Shown: piece by piece, positions 12,701-24,264 of the stretch
How the letters are laid out: each line of letters opens with the position of its first letter
Position numbering within the stretch: the stretch's first letter is position 1
Origin: Lophium mytilinum
Taxonomy: Eukaryota
NCBI GenBank assembly: GCA_010093605.1
Contig: MU004181.1
Span: 2,170,001 to 2,234,000 of the forward strand
Reading direction: 5' to 3'
DNA length: 64,000 nucleotides
The notes under the pieces: model-generated
Database searches by the model: none
Seen by the model: only the letters and a program-made list of their open reading frames with translations
Told to the model about the DNA's origin: nothing
Program-made: the position numbers and the translations under genes

Positions 12701-13424
12701 ATTAGTGCTCTTAACTAGAGCGCGCAGTAGCTTAAAGACTTTAAGCGGTTTAGAGTTTACCCACTAATAGAACTTAAATAAATTCTAGAATATAGTGCCT
12801 CCTAGCTTTATAGTAAGCTTCTTAATATTATATAGATCTAGAAGAAGGTTAAAGGTAATAGGGCTTTCTATATTCTAGAAGTCCGCACTAATAGTGTAGA
12901 AGTTCTAGGTATTAAGCGCCTCTAACACGGCTATATTAAGTAGTTTACTAACGCGCTTACGCCGCTTAGTAAGACGGTTCTATTAGTTCTTTATGCGTAA
13001 CGCTAAGCGGTTAAGGTCTACCTATAGTGCTTCCTTATCCGCTTTCTTAAAGATATTACCTTAAGTATTCTATATCTTATTAAAGTCCTGGTAACTAACC
13101 CCCTCCTTACCTTATAGAATATTAGAGTTATAGGGTTGCCCACCGGGCGTATTAATGTAGTTAGTTATACCTAGTTATCTATAGTAAGGCCTAGGCTTTA
13201 TACAGGTATAGAAAATAAGGAGAGAGTTTTAGAGTAAGTAAGTAAGTAAAAAAAGAAAACGTGTTAGTTTTAAGGTTAGTAATTAAGTAACTATATAGCT
13301 AAATCTTAAAGCCAGCAGCAGCACCTATATAGGTGCGCGCGCGCACAGTGGTGCAGTTATATAAAAAGAAATTAAGGTTTCTATGTTTCTATATTTCTAG
13401 GTTTTAAAGAATAACGTAACCTAG

Positions 13425-13659
13425 TATTAGGCTTATAGCTAGAAAGGAGTTATATTTCTATTAATAAGGTTGCATAGAGAGGAGAGAGGCTCTAGCTACG
13501 GGCCTGCTATATAGTTGTGTGCGCGCCGGTAGAACCCCGGGCGCCGGCAGAACCCCGGGCGCCGGAAGAACCCTTGGCCCGGAGATTACGTAACGTCCGT
13601 GCATATAATAACCCCTAACCTTAATAACTACTAAGAGAATACTAAGAAATAATATAATA
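13425..13659. repeat. 5' LTR (235 bp)
   Basis: Direct repeat of 6466-6700, about 15 differences, all transitions. Confidence 0.93.
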
Positions 13660-13663
13660 AGTA

Positions 13664-14078
13664 GGTATATAGAAATATTAACTCTAAGAGCTTTCTTAAG
13701 TATATCTATCTAATACTATTTACCTTCTAGCGCTAGTTTAATAATATATATGCCTATAATTTATTAGAAGTAATAATAAATAGTACTCCACTATACTAAT
13801 TAAAGCGCTCTAAGGCCTAATTTAAAGCTAATAGTATACTAATAATATTATAGCTAGTAAGTAGCTTTAATCTAAACCCTATTAAGAATATCTAGAAGCT
13901 TCTTAAGAAATAGATTAATACTTAAGCTATATAGCCTTAAACTTATAAATAAATAGCTAAGGTAGCTTAGTAGAAATAGGCTAAAATTATAAAGAAAGAG
14001 CTTAAGAAGCTTATTAAGTCTATATCTAAGAAAATCTAGGCTATAATTACTGCGCGTAGTAGGCCTATAAAGTAGTAA
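13664..14078 (+). pseudogene. Tc1-like transposase, 3' part (RIP-ed)
   Basis: NSTPLY (DGAPxH) followed by *LVSSFNLNPIKNI* (WPASSPDLNPIENIW) with 34 codons between the inferred D and E; terminal I*AIITARSRPIK* (IQAVIAARGGPTKW). Confidence 0.88.
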
Positions 14079-14371
14079 ATATATATTCTATATAGCTTTA
14101 ATTTATACTTAAAATAGATAGATTTAGATAGAATTTAGTAGAGATATACTTATTAATTTAAAGAGGATTCTAGTAGTTTATATTTATTTACACGCTTATT
14201 TATATACTTATTTATATACTTAATACCTAGCTAGCCTATAGTAATATATAATAGTTATTTCTATAGAGCTTTATAATCTAATATCTAACGTTAGAAGGGG
14301 CCTGCTAAGAAGCAGGGGATTCTCATACTAAACTGTATACGGCTCCTCTATTCGTTAGCTGCAGGATTATA

Positions 14372-14401
14372 CGCTAAGCCACCGGACGCATACAGGTGCT
14401 G
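14372..14401 (-). repeat. Right TIR of the Tc1-like element
   Basis: cgctaagccaccggacgcatacaggtgctg followed by TA. Confidence 0.9.
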
Positions 14402-14789
14402 TAGTTACGGCATGCACGGCGACTTCATCAACAAATAAGACGTTGCTAATCTGCAAAACGCTGCTACGCATTGCAATGCAAACAGCGGCCATATATCAGA
14501 TTGCGAATACCTCACACCGTACACCATAGTCGAGATACACGCCTGTCGGCTTCCTTCAATCGTGGACGACGTAGTGGATGGATGGGTGGAACGTCTCTTC
14601 AACTCCGAAATCAGGGGCCGGAATAAGGCATCGTGCGCACCCCACCAATTTGAATGTAACTCACCCAAATCTATTGCGATTCTTTTTTAGAAAGACTAGA
14701 GGTAGAGTCTCTTAGCTGACCTTATACTAATAAGCTTCATAATAAAATATATTAACATTCAGGTGATCTGTATACATTTTGGTGGGGTG

Positions 14790-15287
14790 CACGCGCGATG
14801 CCTCATTCCGGCCCCTCATTTCGGAGCCGAAGAGGACGTTCTCCCCGGCTGCAACCCCGTCACCTATGGCCTTGAGCCTGTCCAGCCGGCGCCTTGTCCC
14901 AAAAAAGAACTCTCACCTCCAAAGTAGGAGTATGTTGACCTGACCACCTCTAAGCGATGGGAGTACGTCGGCTCCGGCATCGACGACTACTTCACCCGTA
15001 CCTTCAAAGGGAAGTTCTTGGCTGGCGACAATATGACGGTGGAGAAGTGCGTCGACTTCTGCGACGCTGCAGGCTTCAGCTACGCCGGCCTCGAGTACCG
15101 CCGGGAATGCTACTGCGATAACACACTGCCAGAAGACAAGGCGCCGAAGAAAGGGATTATGGGATACTGTGTCTTGAAGTGTGCCGGCAACGCGGATGAA
15201 TTTCGTGGTGGTGGTGCAGCGCTTTCGATATATCGTAAATGCACCGCTGCCCCTTGCCAGCACGCTGTTTCTGGTGTCGCTACCTAA
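14790..15287 (+). pseudogene. 5'-truncated WSC-domain gene remnant (probably DUF1996+WSC type)
   Basis: LPGCNPV motif, in-frame TAG at 14925-14927, then WSC domain MTVEKCVDFC...YAGLEYRRECYC...CAGN; no start or signal peptide found. Confidence 0.7.
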
Positions 15288-16049
15288 GAGGACTGCTCTG
15301 ACTCCTCTTGTGGGCGGCTTGATTGCTTCAAGAGCTCCGTCGTCTTAGTCGACAAGGATGGTAGTGTCGCGAGGCCCATTCCTCGTCGGAATCCGTGTCG
15401 CAACCGTGTCTGGAACGGCCACAGCAATTTTGACTATATAGGTAAGCGTGTAGTAAATCAGAAAGGGGGGTTGAGCGACCTTTGTATGTATAAGAACGAG
15501 CCTTTTTTTCTTTCTTATACTATTTTCGGTGGAACGTATTGGGTTTATAGCCGTGTTAGACAGGCAGTTACGTATACATTACTCTCAACTGGTTCAAACA
15601 TGACCACGGGAAACCGATCAAGGAAACAGAATGTATTCATCCTATCACCTATCAAATTGTAAGGAAAAGAGATAGAATTACAATCGCACGCGCGCCAGAT
15701 GAACGAATCAGATGAGTTTTGCTTCCATTATCTACCAATCATCCGATCCAATCCCCTCCAGTGTCTTTGCCACCGCCAAGCGGAAAAGCCTATCCGCAAA
15801 ACAGAATACACTCGAGAGTACAAAACATACAAGCATGTCCGCTCCAATCGCGCAATTGATTCCGTGAGCTTCATGCGAGATAAGGAGATATGTGGTCGTG
15901 CCGGAATGAGTTCCGAGGAGAGATGTGCATGAGGTGTGGTTCGTTTCCAGTCAGGCCTTCCGTAGAAACTAAGCGTCTCCGGTTTCGAGGAGTTTCGATG
16001 CAGAGTAATTGGCCGAGCTGCAACTCCCCGTCATGTAGCCTGGAGGTGC

Positions 16050-16938
16050 TTAACAAGTGCTAGTGGCGGCTCGGGAGTTCATGAGAAGGGCGACGATGAG
16101 CCCGTAAAGACCTGCGCGCTGTTAGTTAAACCGTTGCTCCAAAGTGTGAGCAATGTGCATACCCAAGACTTCGGCGAAAATGAGGATCAGAATCATGCCA
16201 ACGAACAACCGTGGCTGTTGTGCAGTTCCTCGCACGCCAGCATCACCAACAATTCCAATAGCGAACCCAGCAGCCATTCCAGCAAGACCGACGGAGAGGC
16301 CAGCACCTAATTGGATGAAGCCGGTGAAGAGGGAGGACTGTTGCTGAAGGTCGTTCGAGATCAGCACGGACACAACGAGCCCGTAGATACCGATGATACC
16401 AGCCATGACGACAGGGATGATGTCTAACGCCGCGAATTAGCAACGCGCATTCATAATATCCGAGCCTGCTATTGAATACAGAATGGGTGGTGTGCCATAC
16501 TCTTAACGATCAAATCAGGGCGAAGAACACCCATAGCTGAGACACCAACGCCGGCCTTGGCGGTTCCGTACGCAGCGCCGAAGCAGGTGAACACGATGGC
16601 TGACGTGCAGCCCATCGCGCCGAAGAAGGGCTAGTCCGTCACAGTTAGCTTTGTGTTATCCTTCGACGGTAGGTGTTCTCGAGGGACGACAGGGGGAGCT
16701 CTGCAGTCTCGCAGGATGACGGCTGGGATAGCGTCGGCGGCGGCGGGGCCTTGGAAGGACTTACGGCATAAACGGGACTGTCAAAGATGCCATGTTAGCT
16801 CGTACTCTTGAAGTATATCGTTTTATGATGAATCTCAATGGCAGCGTCGCAGCTTGAAGCTCGACGCTTATCTCCGCAAAAGGAAAGATGCCTGATAAAG
16901 AGAGCTCCCAGGGCGACTTACCAGAGATCGGTGGACAT
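16050..16938 (-). CDS. VMA3: V-ATPase V0 proteolipid subunit c; exons 16938-16922, 16777-16765, 16630-16501, 16423-16163, 16111-16050
   Basis: Spliced product [18 protein letters not shown]...[15 protein letters not shown]...[23 protein letters not shown]; canonical splice sites. Confidence 0.96.
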
Positions 16939-17376
16939 GCTGACGGCTGTGATGGATTGTTGCTGCAGGAGCTGATCGGGAGACGTGCGGTTGATGAAAA
17001 TGGAGGCGTCGGGGAAGCTGCTGGCGAGGGTGGTGTTGTCGAGCTGGAGTGGTGACGAGGGCGAGGATGGAGGAGGTTTGGAGTTCTTCGCTTCAATCCG
17101 CGCAGTCTTCGCACGTGACGGACGGCGCTAGCGCATGAGCCGCAACTCGGTCCATTAATTTTCTTTGCCTGTCCCCACCACCATCCACTCGACTCTCTAC
17201 ACCAGCACCAACGCACCAACAGCACAAAGGGCGAGCTATTACGGCAGTGTGAGTGCTCAGTCGCGCCGCATTTTGTACGCAAATCCTAACATCAAGTCTG
17301 CGCAGGAACCCTTTTGCGATCCCACAAGACCTCCACCCTTCCCCACCAGCTCAACTCAGCTTCGAATCAGCTCAAG

Positions 17377-17977
17377 ATGTCTCAAGACACCAGCGCCGCG
17401 TGGCCCGTCGCCGACCAGGCGCTCAGCCAAGAAATCCTTGACTTGGTTCAGCAAGCCAACAACTACCGCCAACGTCGGTATTCCTTTACCTTCACAAGTA
17501 TCTCGAGTCTAACTATGCAATACAGTCAAGAAGGGAGCCAATGAGGCTACAAAGGTTAGACAACTATGGGAAATGCTAGAGACGGTATGCTGACATCTGG
17601 GCAGACTCTGAACCGCGGTATTGCTGAAGTGCTTGTGCTCGCCGCCGACACGAGCCCTCTCGCTATTCTCCTGCATCTCCCGCTTCTCTGCGAGGACAAA
17701 AATGTGCCATACGTCTATGTTCCAAGCAGTATGGCCCCCCTAAATACACTCCGATATTCTCTGAAACTTTAGCTAACGCGTGTGACAGAGATGGCGCTTG
17801 GCCGTGCAGTATGGCCCCCACATGCACTCCGATATCATTTGAGAAATAGCTAACTCGTGGTTACAGTGTGGGGTATCTCGCAGTGTGATAGCTGCGAGTA
17901 TCACCACTAACGAAGCCTCCGACCTCATGAACCAGATTAGGAGCCTTAAGGACAAGGTCGAGAGACTGATGATCTAA
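17377..17977 (+). CDS. SNU13: Snu13/15.5K L7Ae-family K-turn-binding snRNP/snoRNP protein, 5 exons
   Basis: AWPVAD...[19 protein letters not shown]...[30 protein letters not shown]...KVERLMI. Confidence 0.96.
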
Positions 17978-18300
17978 GTAGCCCCCGAAATATACTACTT
18001 TAAGGCCGTAGTGTAGGATCTGGATCTGGCGACATCATATCCTGGGCACCATGTCCATACATGGCGGCGTTAAACGGCGTGTTGATGAAGGTTGATATCA
18101 AGTCAGGACAGTTTTGAATATTACAGTGCAAATTCCCAAAATTCATCGCCGATCATTTTCTACCGTGCTACTCTATCCGTCGACGCCGAACCTCACAATC
18201 ATAACCTATACCACAAAGGAAACCGTCCCAACCCAAAGAACTCCAAATTCATGAAAGCTCCACACTCCTCCAATCTTCAACTTCATCTAGCACCTATTGC

Positions 18301-21300
18301 TTAGATCCAGAACATGATATCATCCAGTCTTTTGTGCCAAGGGTTCTTGTGACTGGAATCTTCCCCATACCAGGGATTCCAGTCTGCGCTCTGAGACAGC
18401 GCCTCTGAAGCTTCCCTCATGTACACTTCGTGTGATTGATCATCCTCTTCCCCACGCTTCTTGAGCCATTCACGCTTCTTAATCTTGGCGATGCCGTTTT
18501 CATTCCATTCCCTGAGATACGCACGCCCGCGATCGCAAAGGAGATGTGCCAGGTAAGCGGGTGCCGCATAAGAGATGCCCTTGGTGGCACGGCCGAGAGC
18601 GTAACACAGCGAGTGCGTGAGACTCTGCAGTTGTGCATGAGCGAGGCCCATATCATTCTGAAGCACTTGGTAATGGGCCGGTCGAGCGGTACCTTTGATC
18701 GCCGCATGCGCTTGAAGACTTTCGACGGAATTAGCGCGAGTGTATTGACGACTTGATGAGGCTGCTTACTAGAAGTTGTGCTTGCCAGGCTGTGTAACAA
18801 CCTGATCAACGACAAGGCCAGGCCTCGGGTTGCCGTTGGATTCCCTAGGAGGATTCCTGGACGTCGAATCAACTGTGCCCTCAAGTTGGTTAGGGTAAAA
18901 TCGAGTGTGGTGTCTCTTGCCGACAATGAGGAAGGTGATGATAGGTTTCGCTGCATCAGTTCCCGCTGCAGCCTGGTAGGCTTTAGTGACTGCATTGATC
19001 TCCTTGCTGATAACCTCGAGGTACTGCCCTTCGCTCACGCCGTCTCGGTAGAACAGTATTCGTTTGGGTAAGACTTTGTTTTTTGCCTTCCAAGCCAGAA
19101 GGCGCTCTTCCACCATGTCCTTCATGTCACTGATGATCTACAACTCATCAGCTAATACAACAACAAAATTGATACTATCAACATACCTCAGTGCGACCGG
19201 CTTGGAGGCGCATGGACCCAAGATAGGTCATGAAATGTTCGTCTACGCTCCCAACAACGGCGGCGATACTTGGACTGCCATCCGGTCCATTTCCAGGTGG
19301 GTGGCTGACATCTGCACCGAGAACGATCGTATCCAAGGCACGATTCGCGCCGCCCATCAGAAGACTGAACTCGTTCCTAAGGGTATGATTGATACCACGA
19401 CCTTTGATGTTGAACTTCAGAGCAAGATTGGAGAAGTACTGATCGTTTCGAGGTCTATCGAACTTGCTATTGACGCAGCAGACTACTCGGATTCCATGTA
19501 CAGTCTCTGCAATTCGCTTGATCACACCATAGATGCCTTGGTGTTCTTGGGGTAGTACGACGAGGAGCGAAACGTTCCTGCCGTTACGCGAAATGTGTGT
19601 CATGAACTTATGGATGCGCTCCATGTCCTCCTTGCGCACGGAAGGGCTCCTCAGGTCGACGTTTGGGCAGTAATTTATCCACCCGTCTCTACTAAAGCTG
19701 CTGACCTTGACTCCATGCTCTTGCATTCGCGCAAGAAGGCCGTCATACGCGGTCTGGGAGACTGTCTCTATATTGATTGCAAAGACCTCCAGTGGGCCGA
19801 GATGATCCGTGCTCGTTCGGAACTTGGTGAACCGTAAGTCCCACGACGCGGTGCCGTTGGTGTGCTTCATCGTCGTTTTAGCATTTCGCGGGTCTTTGAA
19901 ATCAAGGTACATGACGGACGGCGGGGGGAGAATTCGTGCGGGTATCTGGATCAGCTTAGGGTCAATCTCAAGCCCTACTCCTTCCTTTTCGACCAGTCAG
20001 CAGGATATTGAAGTTTTCCAGATCACGACATCAACATACCAAATTTGCCCTATCGGGACTGATCCCTAGGAAGTAAAGGCCCTCATTGAGTATGTAATTG
20101 ACATTCTCGAATGGTTTTCGAAGAGCGTGTTTCATCATCTCAGCGGTATGAGTCTTACTCAGTGTCTTGCTGACGAATTGATTGGGCACAATCTCGAGCA
20201 GTTCTCCTGGAATCCATAAGCCGCCAGTTTCGGAGTTCTTTGCGCCGGGTATTCCAACGTTAACGCATGGCCATTGAGGATACTTCAGCTCGATACCGCA
20301 CTCTGCAGACTACGTTAGTTAAGGGTAATGTTTTCGACCCGCAATGACTTACCTCGATACCAGGCTTGAACACTCATTTGTTCCTTGGTCTCCTCGGTCT
20401 CCTTGATCTCCTTTGTCTTCTTTGTCTCCTTGGTCTGCTTAGTGAAGATTTGATTCGGAGGAGACTGTCCAAAGTCTTGGAACACTTTCAACCTGTGGTG
20501 CTCAAGGTTCGGATCGGGCTTTCCTGCTAAATGGGGGCGCTCATATGCAATCCTCAGGACTTTTCCGCGCAACAGCCTCTCAATCTGGCGACGGCTGTAG
20601 TGCTTCGGTCTACCTTCCTCGTGTTCCAGAACTCGTTCAAAATCCGTCACGCTAGTGGGCTTGAAGAAAGCAGAAGTTGCGGTGTTGACGTTCAACAGCG
20701 TTCGATTGCCACTTCCGGGTCGGATTGATGTGAAATAACCTCGCTTGGCATAGAGGGAGGTCATCGGGCTGTATCCATTATTGACGAAGAACTTGTTCGC
20801 TCCAACTTGAGTAATTCTGCTCTCATCAACATCGCAGATCTTTCTAGAGATAATAGCATTTAGTGCCGTCGCTATGACTGATGGGTGCTGCTCCGCATCA
20901 TTGTTTTTGGGCACGAACGACGTGTCGAAGGGGTCGTGGCTTGCTAGATACTTGGGCTCAATGCTTCTGACAAGCATGACATCGATTCTCTTCAGGGTCT
21001 TCATCTCTCCGTTCTGCTTCCGATAATTGAGCGCATTGAAAGATTCAGAGGCGCCAGGTTCCGTGGAGTAAGAGCCACAAAGCTGGATAGGGCTTTTGCA
21101 CCAGATATTTGAGAAGTTCGTTGCCCAGTCGTGTCTGTCTTTGAGGTTCAGCTGGACGGTCAGAGCGTGAAAGATGCGTCGCAGTTCGGCGATTTTGTTG
21201 ATTTTTCTTTCCTTGATATTTTGGCCCTCCACCTGTACATCCTGCGCGCAGCTCACGGAATACTCGTACAGAATTTCCGGAACCTTTTTGACCTCCAAGT

Positions 21301-21874
21301 AGTTCGCTACCACTGTGAGGGCCTGGCCCTGCTTTTCCTCGGCAGTCGTTTTGACTTCATTGATCTTACCTCCAAAATCGTAGACAGGTCCAGCGACCAA
21401 AGGCCTACTGCGCACTGGGTCCTCTAAAGGGAACTGACGTTCGTAGTTCTGATACTTGTAGCCTTTCATCTGCAGCTTGTTGCTCTCGAAAACAGGCTGC
21501 GTCTGAGGCGGTATCGCAGTCTGCTGTTGCTGGGCGTTTGTCATTCCCAAATTCCAGGCTAATGGACGTCCGGTCGACGGTTGACTGCTCGTTGTCGATT
21601 GCATTGTGCTCTGACCGCTCTGTTGCTTCGGGCTACCTTTTGGCGCTTGCGTTGGTTTCGGAGGAGGCCCAGCCGGGTTCTTCAGCGTCTGAAGAAGTCT
21701 TTCTGCATGCTTCTTGTCGTTGGCATCGAATTGGCCTGCAGCTTTCCAGGCCTCCTTCGCAGTAGCTGGTACTGTGCATGCCGCTGCCGTATGCTCAGGG
21801 CTCTCGCACTTTACGCAAGGCTTCTTTTGCCATCCTTCCGTGATCTTTCCCTTGGTGGCTTTGCTTAAGCCCAT
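18301..21874 (-). CDS. Argonaute (N-PAZ-MID-PIWI); exons 21874-20353, 20302-20040, 19984-19187, 19137-18770, 18718-18301
   Basis: VVANYL, RGYFTSIRP, LLNVN, YPQWPCVNVG..WIPGELL (PAZ), NLALKFNIK.GINH, LGADVSHP, FYRDGVSEGQY, VGKRHHTRFYP, FYLQAH..IKGTARPAHY, SYAAPAYLAH. Confidence 0.96.
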
Positions 21875-23355
21875 GCTGGCAAGGAGGTACAGAAGAACGG
21901 CAAAGGACAGCCAGAGTATTGAACACAGTATGAAGTCCCCTAGCGACTGAAATTTTAGGCGCTATGAGTCGCTTTGAGAAGGGTCGGATGGAGATAGGCT
22001 GAGGTTGAGGATCGTTCTACGGACTGCGAGGTAGTGAGTGGGACATGACATGACTTATACTTGTGCTGATCGGCTATGATATCAAACTGGTACAGGACCA
22101 GTCTCAACGCTAATGCGCCAAGATAAAAGTCCAATAATACTCTATTTACAAAGCCATAGCGAGCGTGACTTTGGACACACAAGGCCAGGTGGCATACAGC
22201 GCACACAAACAAGAGACATATTTGTGAGAGCACACAACGAACTCTGCAGGAAGGGAAACAAACGGAAACTGACCAACGAGACAACCAGGTTATCTCTTTC
22301 ATACAATGCGGATGTCAATATTGTCGTATATATTTGTGGGGCGTTCTAAGACGTCGAGACAGCCGTAAACAGATGTCTCACTTACATTGTCTTTGTTTAG
22401 ATGTGCATGAGCTTTGCAGTTAAGCGATCTAAGAAGATCCACCCCAACTAAGCAATTTGAGCACCCGGGAATTCCATTATTAGCTTTGGTGATTGTCAAG
22501 AGTGTTTCGGAGGACTGTATTGAAATAGTACGAAAAAGTCCGCTCTGGAGAATCAGTCCTTGATTGCGCGAACAATTAGTAAAGATGAAGACGAAGGAGA
22601 CTAAGGTTTAATTCACGTTTGAAATGATATACTCGTTGACATTGCGAGGTATCGGGCTGACTAGAACATCGGAGAAGCGGGTGAAGGTAAGTATTCATGC
22701 AAATTTGCACAGAACATTCGCGTCGACGGAAGCCGCTTGCCCAAGACCGAATCGAAGTAGCGAGAAGTTCCTGGCCTACCGTGTTCCAGACTACTCCCGC
22801 ACCGTTCGAGGATTTTGTGACCGTACGAAGGTAATATGGCATCGGGGAGATTGTGTGGAGCTGGTGATGAGAGCCCTCTAGTGTCACGTCCGGCAACCCC
22901 GTCAATGCTCAAAAACAACATCAAGGCATATGGCATCTTCCAAGTCGTTTGTAGCAGGCTACAAGTGCTTTTGATCGCAGGAAGTGATGAAATTCGGATG
23001 AGGTTGTCAGTGACACATGTGTGATGATGGATGCGCAGATCAAACCGGAGCGAAATCTTGGCATCAACGACATGCAGGTGGACGGGCCAAAATCCTCTCA
23101 AAATCGTTTTCTCAGGAGGAGTACTATTTTGAAATGATACAATTTAGATCACATAGTACTATTTTATAAGAGGTATACAACTAGCTCTAGGTTACCCCTC
23201 CCATCACCTTTCACTCCTAACAAGACTAGCTCGATCTTCAGGCCCATCGCCCTGTGCTTTCCTGTACGCTTGACTACCAAAAATGTTTCTCCAAGACTGG
23301 AAAGATGCCTATATATGCTCTCCATATCCCGGTGGACAGGAAATAATAACTAGGA

Positions 23356-24264
23356 TCAGAGAGAGTGTATCTTTTTGGTGAACCGTTGGCCAATATTACG
23401 CTTCGCCTTGGTGTCCGCCATTTGAACAGGTACGCATCCTCCGAATGGCCCAGCACGAGCGGGATTCTCACATCGTACCATGCAGACATTACTCTGACCT
23501 GCGACGGTACCAGTGCAAGTCTGATTGGCAGCGACTGCGGCAGTGAGAGGCTGTCATAACGCATTAGCTCGGAGCGATATTCGGAAATGCTCTACGGTTG
23601 GGCTCACAAAGTCCGTCGTTGCCCCATCGTTGTCGCGACCTTTCTTCCCTGGCACGTTGGCTGTCACCTGCATGGATTCCCACTGGGTTCCGGTACCAGT
23701 AGCATCGATCATGCATGTATAGGGGCCTGCCCCATCTCCGTTGACCTGATGCAATGTCATTTGGACCTGAGTATGGTTAGATTTGGTTTGCCATTGCCGA
23801 GTAAATGTTGTTCCAAGAAGGGAGATGAAGAGTCTAGTAGACTGACCTCTCCTCCAGGGGTGATCTGCGGTAGGGTTCCACCAGATGTTGCAAGTACTTG
23901 TGCGGTTCCGGTCTCCGGATCGTTATCGCCAGCCTGTCGAACATTGCCATCAACGCGAAGCCAAACACCGAGCAGAGGCAAAGCTTACCCCCAGGGTTTC
24001 TCCGCAAGCCTCTTCCGCGTCTCCTTGAAAGCGAGTCGTATCCTGTTGAAACGGATTGCGCCTCGTACCGTCCCTTGGAGTCGAGGCATCAACTAGCAAG
24101 ATTAAGCCAACTGTAACTCTTATCATAGAGGATTAAAGCATACTCCCAAGGGCGGTTCCATTCCCTCCCGCATCGCCAACAGCTTTTATGATAGCGCCAT
24201 GGCCGGCAGCTAATTGGCCAGTGACTAAAATGACGAGAGTCAAAAGAGATGGTGAGAGAAGCAT
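23356..24264 (-). CDS. Secreted Egh16/GAS1-like (DUF3129) protein, multi-exon
   Basis: Signal peptide then [65 protein letters not shown]. Confidence 0.9.

Larger units (their letters stand above)
6466..13659 (-). mobile_element. Full-length RIP-ed Ty3/Gypsy LTR retrotransposon (chromovirus)
   Basis: Two 235-bp LTRs; polypurine tract aaaagggggggcaca beside the 3' LTR (6701-6715, minus strand); gag knuckle remnant about 11320-11365; RT LAYIDNILV (YxDD) about 9535-9560; integrase STAFYLEIDG*T (STAFHPEMDGQT) about 7790-7830; chromodomain EFTVA*IINLR...IQYKV about 7085-7160; AGTA flanks. Confidence 0.93.
4499..14401 (+). mobile_element. RIP-inactivated Tc1-like (DD34E) DNA transposon, about 2.7 kb excluding the nested Gypsy element
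   Basis: 30-bp TIRs at 4499-4528 and 14372-14401 (2 mismatches, both transitions); TA flanks at 4497-4498 and 14402-14403; transposase motifs inside. Confidence 0.9.

Noticed and set aside
13319..13336. 11-bp match to the Tc1 TIR start plus palindrome gcacctatataggtgc in the Gypsy leader
   Set aside because: Too short, no preceding TA; likely chance
16761..17512. ORFs 16761-17282 and 17165-17512
   Set aside because: They span the VMA3/SNU13 divergent promoter, UTRs and introns, with no domain signal
18301..21874. Prokaryotic Argonaute defence operon or CRISPR system
   Set aside because: The gene has spliceosomal introns and eukaryotic Ago motifs; no repeat-spacer array or cas gene was seen in the window
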